DNA of 64,000 nt from Eledone cirrhosa. Taxonomy: Eukaryota. A program made the position numbers and the translations under genes. The first letter of the stretch is position 1. Every line of letters starts with the position of its first letter. The stretch covers positions 129,146,001 to 129,210,000 of the forward strand of contig OZ024744.1 in the NCBI GenBank assembly GCA_964016885.1. Direction: 5' to 3'. Below are positions 37,631-50,300 of this stretch, piece by piece. The notes under the pieces were generated by a model. That model searched no databases, was not told the origin of the DNA, and was given only the letters and a program-made list of their open reading frames with translations.

Positions 37631-40600
37631 GTTAAGTTTGGGTTAAGGTTGGGGTTAAATTAAGTTGGGGTTAAGTTAAGTTGGGGTTAAGTTAAGTTGG
37701 GGTTAAGTTAAGTTGGGGGTAAGTTAAGTTGGGGTTAAGTTAAGTTGGGGTTAAGTTAAGTTGGGGTTAAGTTAAGTTCGGGTTAAGTTAAGTTGGTGTT
37801 AAGTTAAGTTGGGGCTGAGTTAAGTTGGGGCTAAGTTAAGTTGGGTCTAAGTTAAGTTGGGGTTAAGTTAAGTTGGGGTTAAGTTAAGTTGGTGTTAAAT
37901 TAAGTTGGGGTTAAATTAAGTTGGTGTTAAGTTAAGTTGGGGTTAAGTTAAGTTGGGGTTAATTAAGTTGGGGTTAAGTTAAGTTGGGGTTAAGTTAATT
38001 GGGGTTAAATTAAGTTAGGGTTGAGTTAAGTTGGGGTTAAGTTAAGTTGGGGTTATATTAAGTTGGGGTTAAGTTAAGTTGGGGTTAAGTAAAGTTGGGG
38101 TTCAGTTAAGTTGCGGTTAAGTTAAGTTGGGGTTAAGTTAAGTTAGGCTTAACTTAAGTTGGGGTTAAGTTAAGTTGTGGGTGAGTTAAGTTGGGGGTAA
38201 GTTAAGTTGGGGTTAAGTTAAGTTGGGGTTAAGTTGGGGTTAAGTTAATTTAGGGTTAAGTTAAGTTGGGGTTGAGTTAAGTTGGGGTTAAGTTAAGTGG
38301 TGGTTATGTTAAGTTGGGGTTAAGTTAAGTTGGGGTTAATTTAAATTGGGGTTAATTTAACTTTGTGGTTAAGTTAATTTGGGGTTAATTTAAGTTGGGG
38401 TTAAGTTAAGTTGGGGTTAATTTAATTTGTGGTTAAGTTAAGTTGGGGTTAAGTTAAGTTGGGGTTGAGTTAAGCTGGGGTTAAGTTAAGTTGGGGTTAA
38501 AATAAGTTGGGGTTAAGTTAAGTTGGGGTTGAGTTAAGTTGGCGTTGAGTTAATTTGGGGTTAAGTTAAGTTGGGGTTAACTTAAGTTGGGTTTAATTTA
38601 AGTTGGGGTTAAGTTAAGTTGGGGTTATAATTAAGTTGGGGTTAAGTTAAGTTGGGGGTAAGATAAGTTGGGGTTAGTTAAGTTGCGGTTAAGTTAAGTT
38701 GGGGTTAAGTTAAGTTGGGGTTAAGTTAAGTTGGGGTTAATTTAAGTTGGGGTAAAGTTAAGTTGGGGGTAAGTTAAGTTGGGGTTAAGTTAAGTTGGGG
38801 TTAAGTTGGGGTTAAGTTAAGTTAGGGTTAACTTAAGTTGGGGTTGTGTTAAGTGGTGGTTATGTTAAGTGGTGGTTATGTTAAGTTGGGGGTTAAGTTA
38901 AGTTGGGGTTAAGTTAAATTGGGGTTAAGTTAAGTTGCGGTTAAGTTAAGTTGGGGTTAAGTTAAGTTGGGGTTAAGTTAATTAGGGTTAAGTTAAGTTG
39001 GGGTTAAGTTAAGTTGGGGTTAAGTTAAGTTGGGGTTAAGTTAATTTGTGGTTAAGTTAAGTTGGGGTTAATTTAAGTTGGGGTTAAGTTAAGTTGGGGA
39101 TAAGTTAAGTTGAGGATAAGTTAAGTTGGGGTTAATTAAGTTGGGTTTAAGTTAAGTTGGGGTTAAGTTAAGTTGGGGTTAAGTTAAGTTGGGGTTAAGT
39201 TAAGTTGGGGTTAAGTTAAGTTGGTTAGTTAAGTTGAGTTTAAGTTAAGTTGGGGTTAATTTAAGTTGGGGTTAAGTTAAGTTGGGGTTAAGTTAAGTTG
39301 GGGTTAAGTTAAGTTGGGGTTCAGTTAAGTTGGGGTTAAGTTAAGTTGGGGTTAAGTTGGGGTAAAATTAAGTTGGGGTTAAGTTAAGTTGCGGTTAAGT
39401 TAAGTTGAGGTTAAGTTAAGTTGGGGTTAAGTTAAGTTGGGGTTAAGTTAAGTTGGGGCTAAGTTAAGTTGGGGCTAAGTTAAGTTGGGGCTAAGTTAAG
39501 TTGGGGTTAAGTTAACTTTGGGTTAAGTTAAGTTGGGTTTGAGTTAAGTTGGGGTTAATTAAGTTGGGGTTAAGTTAAGTTGGGGTTAAGTTAAGTTGGG
39601 GTTAAGTTAAGTTGGGGTTAAGTTAAGTTGCGGTTAAGTTAAGTTGATGTTAAGTTAAGTTGGGGTTAATTTAAGTTGGGGTTAAGTTAAGTTGGGGCTA
39701 AGTTAAGTTGGAGCTAAGTTAAGTTGGGGCTAAGTTAAGTTGGGGTTAAGTTAAGTTGGGGTCAACTTAAGTTGGGGTTAAGTTAAGTTGGGGTTAACTT
39801 AAGTTGGGGTTAAGTTAAGTTGGGGTTAAGTTAAGTTGGGGTTAAGTTAAGTTGGGGTTACGTTAAGTTGGGGGTAAGTTAAGTTGGTGGTAAGTTAAGT
39901 TGGGGGTAAGTTAAGATGGGGTTAAGTTAGGGTTAAGTTAAGTTAGGGTTAAGTTAATTTGGGGTTGAGTTAAGTTGGGGTTAAGTTAAGTGGTGGTTAT
40001 GTTAAGTTGGGGTTAAGTTAAGTTGGGGTTAATTTAAATTGGGGTTAATTTAAATTTGTTGTTAAGTTAAGTTGGGGTTAATTTAAGTTGGGGTTAAGTT
40101 AAGTTGGGGTTGAGTTAAGTTGGGGTTGAGTGAAGTTGGGGTTAAGTTAAGTTGGGGTTAAGTTAAGTTGGGGTTGAGTTAAGTTGGGGTTAATTCAAGT
40201 TGGGGCTAAGTTAATTCGGGGTTCAGTTAAGTTGGGGTTAAATTAAGTTGGGGTTAAGTTAAGTTGGGGTTAAATTAAGTTGGGGTTAAGTTAAGTTGGG
40301 GTTAAGTTAAGTGGGGTTAAGTTAATTTGGGGTTAAGTGAAGTTAGGGTTAAGTTAAGTTGGGGTTGAGTTAAGTTGGGGGTAAGTTAAGTTGGGGTTAT
40401 GTTAAGTTGGGGTTACGTTAAGTTGGGTTTAAGTTAAGTTGGGGTTAAGTTAAGTTGGGGTTAAGTTAAGTTGGGGTTAATTTAAGTTAGGGTTAAGTTA
40501 AGTTGGGATTAATTTAAGTTGGGGTTAAGTTAAGTTGGGGTTAAGTTAATTTGGGGTTAAGTTAAGTTAGGGTTAAGTTAAGTTGGGGTTGAGTTAAGTT

Positions 40601-41349
40601 GGGGGTAAGTTAAGTTGGGGTTAAGTTAAGTTGGGGTTAAGTTAAGTTGGGGTTAAGTTAAGTTAGGCTTAACTTAAGTTGGGGTTAAGTTAAGTTGGGG
40701 GTGAGTTAAGTTGGGGTAAGTTAAGTTGGGGTTAAGTTAAGTTGGGGTTAAGTTGGGGTTAAGTTAAGTTAGGGTTAAGTTAATTTGGGGTTGAGTTAAG
40801 TTGGGGTTAAGTTAAGTGGTGGTTATGTTAAGTTGGGGTTAAGTTAAGTTGGGGTTAATTTAAATTGGGGTTAATTTAAATTTGTTGTTAAGTTAAGTTG
40901 GGGTTAATTTAAGTTGGGGTTAAGTTAAGTTGGGGTTGAGTTAAGTTGTGGGTAAGTTAAGTTGGGGTTATGTTAAGTTGGGGTTAAGTTAAGTTGGGGT
41001 TAAGTTAAGTTGGGGTTCAGTTAAGTTGCGGTTAATTTAAGTTGGGGTTAAGTTAAGTTGGGGTTAAGTTAAGTTGGGGTTAATTTAAGTTGGGGTTAAG
41101 TTAAGTTGGGGTTAATTTAATTTGTGGTTAAGTTAAGTTGGGGTTAAGTTAAGTTGGGGTTAAATTCAGTCGGGGTTAAGTTAAGTCGGGGTTAAGTTAC
41201 GTTGGGGTTAAGTTAAGTTGGGGTTAAGTTAAGTTGGGGTTGAGTTAAGTTGGGGTTAAGTTAAGTTGGGGTTAAGTTAAGTTGGGGTTAAGTTAAGTTG
41301 GGGTTAAGTTAAGTTGGGGTTAAGTTAAGTTGGAGTTAATTTAAGTTGG

Positions 41350-44300
41350 GGTTAAGTTAAGTTGGGGTTAATTTAAGTTGGGGTTAATTTAAGTTGGGGT
41401 TAAGTTAAGTTGGGGTTAAGTTAAGTTGGGGTAACGTTAAGTTGGGGGTAAGTTAAGTTGGGGTTAAGTTAAGTTGGGGTTAAGTTGGGGTTAAGTTAAG
41501 TTAGGGTTAACTTAAGTTGGGGTTGTGTTAAGTGGTGGTTATGTTAAGTGGTGGTTATGTTAAGTTGGGGTTAAGTTAAGTTGGGGTTAAGTTAAGTTGG
41601 GGTTAAGTTAAGTTGGGGTTAAGTTAATTAGGGTTAAGTTAAGTTGGGTTTAAGTTAAGTTGGGGTTAAGTTAATTTGTGGTTAAGTTAAGTTGGGGTTA
41701 AGTTAAGTTGGGGTTAAGTTAAGTTGGGGATAAGTTAAGTTGGGGATAAGTTAAGTTGGGGTTAATTAAGTTGGGTTTAAGTTAAGTTGGGGTTAAGTTA
41801 AGTTGGGGTTAAGTTAAGTTGGTTAGTTAAGTTGAGTTTAAGTGAAGTTGGGGTTAATTTAAGTTGGGGTTAAGTTAAGTTGGGGTTCAGTTAAGTTGGG
41901 GTTGAGTTAAGTTGGGGTTAAGTTGGGGTAAAATTAAGTTGGGGTTAAGTTAAGTTGGGGTTAAGTTAAGTTGCGGTTAAGTTAAGTTGCCGTTAAGTTA
42001 AGTTGAGGTTAAGTTAAGTTGGGGTTAAGTTAAGTTGGGGTTAAGTTAAGTTGGGGCTAAGTTAAGTTGGGGTTAAGTTAACTTTGGGTTAAGTTAAGTT
42101 GGGTTTGAGTTAAGTTGGGGTTAATTAAGTTGGGGTTAAGTTAAGTTGGGGTTAATTTGGGGTTAAGTTAAGTTGCGGTTAAGTTAAGTTGATGTTAAGT
42201 TAAGTTGGGGTTAATTTAAGTTGGGGTTAAGTTAAGTTGGGGCTAAGTTAAGTTGGAGCTAAGTTAAGTTGGGGCTAAGTTAAGTTGGGGTTAAGTTAAG
42301 TTGGGGTTAAGTTAAGGTGGGGTTAAGTTAAGTTGGGGTCAACTTAAGTTGGGGTTAAGTTAAGTTGGGGTTAACTTAAGTTGGGGTTAAGTTAAGTTGG
42401 GGTTAAGTTAAGTCGGGGTTAATTTAAATTGGGGTTACGTTAAGTTGGGGGTAAGTCAAGTTGGTGTTAAGTTAAGTTGGGGGTAAGTTAAGATGGGGTT
42501 AAGTTAAGTTGGGGTTAATTTAATTTGGGGTTAAGTTAAGTTAGGGTTAAGTTAAGTTGGGGTTGAGTTAAGTTGGGGTTAAGTTAAGTTGGGGTTATGT
42601 TAAGTTGGGGTTAAGTTAAGTTGGGGTTAAGTTAAGTTGTGGTTCAATTAAGATGCGGATAATTTAAGTTGGGGTTAAGTTAAGTTGGGGTTAAGTTAAG
42701 TTAGGGTTAAGTTAAGTTGGGGTTAAATTAAGTTGGGGTTAAATTAAGTTGGGGTTAAGTTAAGTTGGGGTTATGTTAAGTTGGTGTTAAGTTAAGTTGG
42801 GGTTAAGTTAAGTTGGGGTTAAGTTAGGTTGGTGTTAATTTAAGTTGGGGGTAAGTTAAGTTGGGGGTAAGTTAAGTTGGTGTTAAGTTAAGTTGGGGTT
42901 AAGTTAAGTTGGGGTTAAGTTAAGTTGGGTTTAAGTTAAGTTGGGGCTAAGTTAAGTTAGGGCTAAGTTAAGTTGGGGTTAAGTAAAGTTAGGGCTAAGT
43001 TAAGTTGGGGTTAAGTTAAGTTGGGGTTAATTTAAGTTGGGGTTACATTAAGTTGATGTTAAGTTAAGTTGGGGTTAAGTTAAGTTGGGGTTAAGTTAAG
43101 TTGGGGTTAAATTAAGTTGGGGTTAAATTAAGTTGGGGTTAAGTTAAGTTGGGGTTAAGTTAGGTTGGTGTTAAGTTAAGTTGGGGCTAAGTTAAGTTAG
43201 GGCTAAGTTAAGTTGGGGTTAAGTTAAGTTGGGGTTAATTTAAGTTGGGGTTACATTAAGTTGAGGTTAAGTTAAGTTGTGGTTAAGTTAAGTTAGGGTT
43301 AATTTGAGTTAGGGTTATGTTAAGTTGGGGTTAAGTTAATTTGTGGTTAAGTTAATTTGGGGTTAAGTTAAGTTGGGGTTAAGTTCAGTCGGGGTTAAGT
43401 TAAGTCGGGGTTAAGTTAAGTTGGGATTAAGTTAATTAGGGTTAAGTTAAGTTGGGGTTAAGTTAAGTTGGGGTTAAGTTAAGTTGGGGTTAAGTTAAGT
43501 TGGGTTTAAGTTAAGTTGGGGCTAAGTTAAGTTAGGGCTAAGTTAAGTTGGGGTTAAGTTAAGTTGGGGTTAATTTAAGTTGGGGTTACATTAAGTTGAG
43601 GTTAAGTTAAGTTGTGGTTAAGTTAAGTTAGGGTTAATTTGAGTTAGGGTTATGTTAAGTTGGGGTTAAGTTAAGTTGGGGTTAAGTTAGGTTGGTGTTA
43701 AGTTAAGTTGGGGTTAAGTTAATTTGTGGTTAAGTTAAGTTGGGGTTAAGTTAAGTTGGGGTTAAGTTCAGTCGGGGTTAAGTTAAGTCGGGGTTAATTT
43801 AAGTTGGGGTTAAGTTAAGTTGGGGTTAAGTTAAGTTGGGGTTGAGTTAAGTTGGGGTTAAGTTAAGGTGGGGTTAAAATAAGTTGGGGTTAAGTTAAGT
43901 TGGGGTTGAGTTAAGTTGGGGTTGAGTTAATTTGGGGTTAAGTTAAGTTGGGGTTAACTTAAGTTGGGTTTAATTTAAGTTGGGGTTAATTTAAGTTGGG
44001 GTTAAATTAAGTTGGGGTTAAGTTAAGTTGGGGGTAAGATAAGTTGGGGTTAGTTAAGTTGCGGTTAAGTTAAGTTGGGGTTAAGTTAAGTTGGGGTTAA
44101 GTTAAGTTGGGGTTAAGTTAAGTTGGGGTTAAGTTAAGTTGGGGTTAAGTTAAGTTGGGGTTAAGTTGGGGTTAAGTTAAGTTAAGGTTAACTTAAGTTG
44201 GGGTTGTGTTAAGTGGTGGTTATGTTAAGTGGTGGTTATGTTAAGTTGGGGTTAAGTTAAGTTGGGGTTAAGTTAAATTGGGGTTAAGTTAAGTTGCGGT

Positions 44301-47300
44301 TAAGTTAAGTTGGGGTTAAGTTAAGTTGGGGTTAAGTTAATTAGGGTTAGGTTAAGTTGGGGTTAAGTTAAGTTGGGGTTAAGTTAAGTTGGGGTTAAGT
44401 TAAGTTGGGGTTAAGTTAAGTCGGGGTTAAGTTAAGTTAGGGTTAAGTTAAGTTGGGGTTAATTTAAGTTGGGGTTAAGTTAAGTTGGGGTTAAGTTAAG
44501 TTGGGGTTAAGTTAAGTTGAGGTTAAAGTTAAGTAGGGGTTAAATTATGTTGGGGTTAAGTTAAGTTGGGGTTAAGTTAAGTTGGGGTTAATTAAGTTGG
44601 GTTTAAGTTAAGTTGGGGTTAAGTTAAGTTGGGGTTAAGTTAAGTTGGGGTTAATTTAAGTTGGGGTTAAGTTAAGTTGGGGTTAATTTAAGTTGGGGTT
44701 AATTTAAGTTGGGGTTAAGTTAAGTTGGGGTTAAGTTAAGTTGGGGTAACGTTAAGTTGGGGGTAAGTTAAGTTGGGGTTAAGTTAAGTTGGGGTTAAGT
44801 TGGGGTTAAGTTAAGTTAGGGTTAACTTAAGTTGGGGTTGTGTTAAGTGGTGGTTATGTTAAGTGGTGGTTATGTTAAGTTGGGGTTAAGTTAAGTTGGG
44901 GTTAAGTTAAGTTGGGGTTAAGTTAAGTTGGGGTTAAGTTAATTAGGGTTAAGTTAAGTTGGGTTTAAGTTAAGTTGGGGTTAAGTTAATTTGTGGTTAA
45001 GTTAAGTTGGGGTTAAGTTAAGTTGGGGTTAAGTTAAGTTGGGGATAAGTTAAGTTGGGGATAAGTTAAGTTGGGGTTAATTAAGTTGGGTTTAAGTTAA
45101 GTTGGGGTTAAGTTAAGTTGGGGTTAAGTTAAGTTGGGGTTAAGTTAAGTTGGTTAGTTAAGTTGAGTTTAAGTGAAGTTGGGGTTAATTTAAGTTGGGG
45201 TTAAGTTAAGTTGGGGTTAAGTTAAGTTGGGGTTAAGTTAAGTTGGGGTTAAGTTGGGGTAAAATTAAGTTGGGGTTAAGTTAAGTTGGGGTTAAGTTAA
45301 GTTGCGGTTAAGTTAAGTTGCCGTTAAGTTAAGTTGAGGTTAAGTTAAGTTGGGGTTAAGTTAAGTTGGGGTTAAGTTAAGTTGGGGCTAAGTTAACTTG
45401 GGGTTAAGTTAACTTTGGGTTAAGTTAAGTTGGGTTTGAGTTAAGTTGGGGTTAATTAAGTTGGGGTTAAGTTAAGTTGGGGTTAAGTTAAGTTGGGGTT
45501 AATTTGGGGTTAAGTTAAGTTGCGGTTAAGTTAAGTTGATGTTAAGTTAAGTTGGGGTTAATTTAAGTTGGGGTTAAGTTAAGTTGGGGCTAAGTTAAGT
45601 TGGAGCTAAGTTAAGTTGGGGCTAAGTTAAGTTGGGGTTAAGTTAAGTTGGGGTTAAGTTAAGGTGGGGTTAAGTTAAGTTGGGGTCAACTTAAGTTGGG
45701 GTTAAGTTAAGTTGGGGTTAACTTATGTTGGGGTTAAGTTAAGTTGGGGTTAAGTTAAGTCGGGGTTAATTTAAATTGGGGTTACGTTAAGTTGGGGGTA
45801 AGTCAAGTTGGTGTTAAGTTAAGTTGGGGGTAAGTTAAGATGGGGTTAAGTTAAGTTGGGGTTAATTTAATTTGGGGTTAAGTTAAGTTAGGGTTAAGTT
45901 AAGTTGGGGTTGAGTTAAGTTGGGGTTAAGTTAAGTTGGGGTTATGTTAAGTTGGGGTTAAGTTAAGTTGGGGTTAAGTTAAGTTGGGGTTCAATTAAGA
46001 TGCGGATAATTTAAGTTGGGGTTAAGTTAAGTTGGGGTTAAGTTAAGTTAGGGTTAAGTTAAGTTGGGGTTAAATTAAGTTGGGGTTAAATTAAGTTGGG
46101 GTTAAGTTAAGTTGGGGTTATGTTAAGTTGGTGTTAAGTTAAGTTGGGGTTAAGTTAAGTTGGGGTTAAGTTAGGTTGGTGTTAATTTAAGTTGGGGGTA
46201 AGTTAAGTTGGGGGTAAGTTAAGTTGGTGTTAAGTTAAGTTGGGGTTAAGTTAAGTTGGGGTTAAGTTAAGTTGGGTTTAAGTTAAGTTGGGGCTAAGTT
46301 AAGTTAGGGCTAAGTTAAGTTGGGGTTAAGTAAAGTTAGGGCTAACTTAAGTTGGGGTTAAGTTAAGTTGGGGTTAATTTAAGTTGGGGTTACATTAAGT
46401 TGATGTTAAGTTAAGTTGGGGTTAAGTTAAGTTGGGGTTAAGTTAAGTTGGGGTTAAATTAAGTTGGGGTTAAGTTAAGTTGGGGTTAAGTTAGGTTGGT
46501 GTTAAGTTAAGTTGGGGTTAAGTTAATTTGTGGTTAAGTTAAGTTGGGGTTAAGTTAAGTTGGGGTTAAGTTCAGTCGGGGTTAAGTTAAGTCGGGGTTA
46601 AGTTAAGTTGGGGTTAAGTTAAGTTGCGGTTAAGTTAAGTTGGGGTTAAGTTAAGTTGGGGTTAAGTTAATTAGGGTTAAGTTAAGTTGGGGTTAAGTTA
46701 AGTTGGGGTTAAGTTAAGTTGGGGTTAAGTTATGTTGGGTTTAAGTTAAGTTGGGGCTAAGTTAAGTTAGGGCTAAGTTAAGTTGGGGTTAAGTTAAGTT
46801 GGGGTTAATTTAAGTTGGGGTTACATTAAGTTGAGGTTAAGTTAAGTTGTGGTTAAGTTAAGTTAGGGTTAATTTGAGTTAGGGTTATGTTAAGTTGGGG
46901 TTAAGTTAAGTTGGGGTTAAGTTAGGTTGGTGTTAAGTTAAGTTGAGGTTAAGTTAATTTGTGGTTAAGTTAAGTTGGGGTTAAGTTAAGTTGGGGTTAA
47001 GTTCAGTCGGGGTTAAGTTAAGTCGGGGTTAATTTAAGTTGGGGTTAAGTTAAGTTGGGGTTAAGTTAAGTTGGGGTTGAGTTAAGTTGGGGTTAAGTTA
47101 AGGTGGGGTTAAAATAAGTTGGGGTTAAGTTAAGTTGGGGTTGAGTTAAGTTGGGGTTGAGTTAATTTGGGGTTAAGTTAAGTTGGGGTTAACTTAAGTT
47201 GGGTTTAATTTAAGTTGGGGTTAATTTAAGTTGGGGTTAAATTAAGTTGGGGTTAAGTTAAGTTGGGGGTAAGATAAGTTGGGGTTAGTTAAGTTGCGGT

Positions 47301-50300
47301 TAAGTTAAGTTGGGGTTAAGTTAAGTTGGGGTTAAGTTAAGTTGGGGTTAAGTTAAGTTGGGGTTAAGTTAAGTTGGGGTTAAGTTGGGGTTAAGTTAAG
47401 TTAAGGTTAACTTAAGTTGGGGTTGTGTTAAGTGGTGGTTATGTTAAGTGGTGGTTATGTTAAGTTGGGGTTAAGTTAAGTTGGGGTTAAGTTAAATTGG
47501 GGTTAAGTTAAGTTGCGGTTAAGTTAAGTTGGGGTTAAGTTAAGTTGGGGTTAAGTTAATTAGGGTTAGGTTAAGTTGGGGTTAAGTTAAGTTGGGGTTA
47601 AGTTAAGTTGGGGTTAAGTTAAGTTGGGGTTAAGTTAAGTCGGGGTTAAGTTAAGTTAGGGTTAAGTTAAGTTGGGGTTAATTTAAGTTGGGGTTAAGTT
47701 AAGTTGGGGTTAAGTTAAGTTGGGGTTAAGTTAAGTTGAGGTTAAAGTTAAGTAGGGGTTAAATTATGTTGGGGTTAAGTTAAGTTGGGGTTAAGTTAAG
47801 TTGGGGTTAATTAAGTTGGGTTTAAGTTAAGTTGGGGTTAAGTTAAGTTGGGGTTAAGTTAAGTTGGGGTTAATTTAAGTTGGGGTTAAGTTAAGTTGGG
47901 GTTAATTTAAGTTGGGGTTAATTTAAGTTGGGGTTAAGTTAAGTTGGGGTTAAGTTAAGTTGGGGTAACGTTAAGTTGGGGGTAAGTTAAGTTGGGGTTA
48001 AGTTAAGTTGGGGTTAAGTTGGGGTTAAGTTAAGTTAGGGTTAACTTAAGTTGGGGTTGTGTTAAGTGGTGGTTATGTTAAGTGGTGGTTATGTTAAGTT
48101 GGGGTTAAGTTAAGTTGGGGTTAAGTTAAGTTGGGGTTAAGTTAAGTTGGGGTTAAGTTAATTAGGGTTAAGTTAAGTTGGGTTTAAGTTAAGTTGGGGT
48201 TAAGTTAATTTGTGGTTAAGTTAAGTTGGGGTTAAGTTAAGTTGGGGTTAAGTTAAGTTGGGGATAAGTTAAGTTGGGGATAAGTTAAGTTGGGGTTAAT
48301 TAAGTTGGGTTTAAGTTAAGTTGGGGTTAAGTTAAGTTGGGGTTAAGTTAAGTTGGGGTTAAGTTAAGTTGGTTAGTTAAGTTGAGTTTAAGTGAAGTTG
48401 GGGTTAATTTAAGTTGGGGTTAAGTTAAGTTGGGGTTCAGTTAAGTTGGGGTTAAGTTAAGTTGGGGTTAAGTTGGGGTAAAATTAAGTTGGGGTTAAGT
48501 TAAGTTGGGGTTAAGTTAAGTTGCGGTTAAGTTAAGTTGCCGTTAAGTTAAGTTGAGGTTAAGTTAAGTTGGGGTTAAGTTAAGTTGGGGTTAAGTTAAG
48601 TTGGGGCTAAGTTAAGTTGGGGTTAAGTTAACTTTGGGTTAAGTTAAGTTGGGTTTGAGTTAAGTTGGGGTTAATTAAGTTGGGGTTAAGTTAAGTTGGG
48701 GTTAAGTTAAGTTGGGGTTAATTTGGGGTTAAGTTAAGTTGCGGTTAAGTTAAGTTGATGTTAAGTTAAGTTGGGGTTAATTTAAGTTGGGGTTAAGTTA
48801 AGTTGGGGCTAAGTTAAGTTGGAGCTAAGTTAAGTTGGGGCTAAGTTAAGTTGGGGTTAAGTTAAGGTGGGGTTAAGTTAAGTTGGGGTCAACTTAAGTT
48901 GGGGTTAAGTTAAGTTGGGGTTAACTTAAGTTGGGGTTAAGTTAAGTTGGGGTTAAGTTAAGTCGGGGTTAATTTAAATTGGGGTTACGTTAAGTTGGGG
49001 GTAAGTCAAGTTGGTGTTAAGTTAAGTTGGGGGTAAGTTAAGATGGGGTTAAGTTAAGTTGGGGTTAATTTAATTTGGGGTTAAGTTAAGTTAGGGTTAA
49101 GTTAAGTTGGGGTTGAGTTAAGTTGGGGTTAAGTTAAGTTGGGGTTATGTTAAGTTGGGGTTAAGTTAAGTTGGGGTTAAGTTAAGTTGGGGTTCAATTA
49201 AGATGCGGATAATTTAAGTTGGGGTTAAGTTAAGTTGGGGTTAAGTTAAGTTAGGGTTAAGTTAAGTTGGGGTTAAATTAAGTTGGGGTTAAATTAAGTT
49301 GGGGTTAAGTTAAGTTGGGGTTATGTTAAGTTGGTGTTAAGTTAAGTTGGGGTTAAGTTAAGTTGGGGTTAAGTTAGGTTGGTGTTAATTTAAGTTGGGG
49401 GTAAGTTAAGTTGGGGGTAAGTTAAGTTGGTGTTAAGTTAAGTTGGGGTTAAGTTAAGTTGGGGTTAAGTTAAGTTGGGTTTAAGTTAAGTTGGGGCTAA
49501 GTTAAGTTAGGGCTAAGTTAAGTTGGGGTTAAGTAAAGTTAGGGCTAACTTAAGTTGGGGTTAAGTTAAGTTGGGGTTAATTTAAGTTGGGGTTACATTA
49601 AGTTGATGTTAAGTTAAGTTGGGGTTAAGTTAAGTTGGGGTTAAGTTAAGTTGGGGTTAAATTAAGTTGGGGTTAAGTTAAGTTGGGGTTAAGTTAGGTT
49701 GGTGTTAAGTTAAGTTGGGGTTAAGTTAATTTGTGGTTAAGTTAAGTTGGGGTTAAGTTAAGTTGGGGTTAAGTTCAGTCGGGGTTAAGTTAAGTCGGGG
49801 TTAAGTTAAGTTGGGGTTAAGTTAAGTTGCGGTTAAGTTAAGTTGGGGTTAAGTTAAGTTGGGGTTAAGTTAATTAGGGTTAAGTTAAGTTGGGGTTAAG
49901 TTAAGTTGGGGTTAAGTTAAGTTGGGGTTAAGTTATGTTGGGTTTAAGTTAAGTTGGGGCTAAGTTAAGTTAGGGCTAAGTTAAGTTGGGGTTAAGTTAA
50001 GTTGGGGTTAATTTAAGTTGGGGTTACATTAAGTTGAGGTTAAGTTAAGTTGTGGTTAAGTTAAGTTAGGGTTAATTTGAGTTAGGGTTATGTTAAGTTG
50101 GGGTTAAGTTAAGTTGGGGTTAAGTTAGGTTGGTGTTAAGTTAAGTTGGGGTTAAGTTAATTTGTGGTTAAGTTAAGTTGGGGTTAAGTTAAGTTGGGGT
50201 TAAGTTCAGTCGGGGTTAAGTTAAGTCGGGGTTAATTTAAGTTGGGGTTAAGTTAAGTTGGGGTTAAGTTAAGTTGGGGTTGAGTTAAGTTGGGGTTAAG

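Larger units (their letters stand above)
28200..38720 (+). repeat. ~5.3-kb higher-order repeat, 2 copies (boundaries approximate)
   Basis: Private variants GGGGTCATG (31980/37271), GGCGTTGAG (33251/38542) and the inverted segment (32091/37382) are all offset by 5291; CTTTCGG at 30001/35308. Confidence 0.88.
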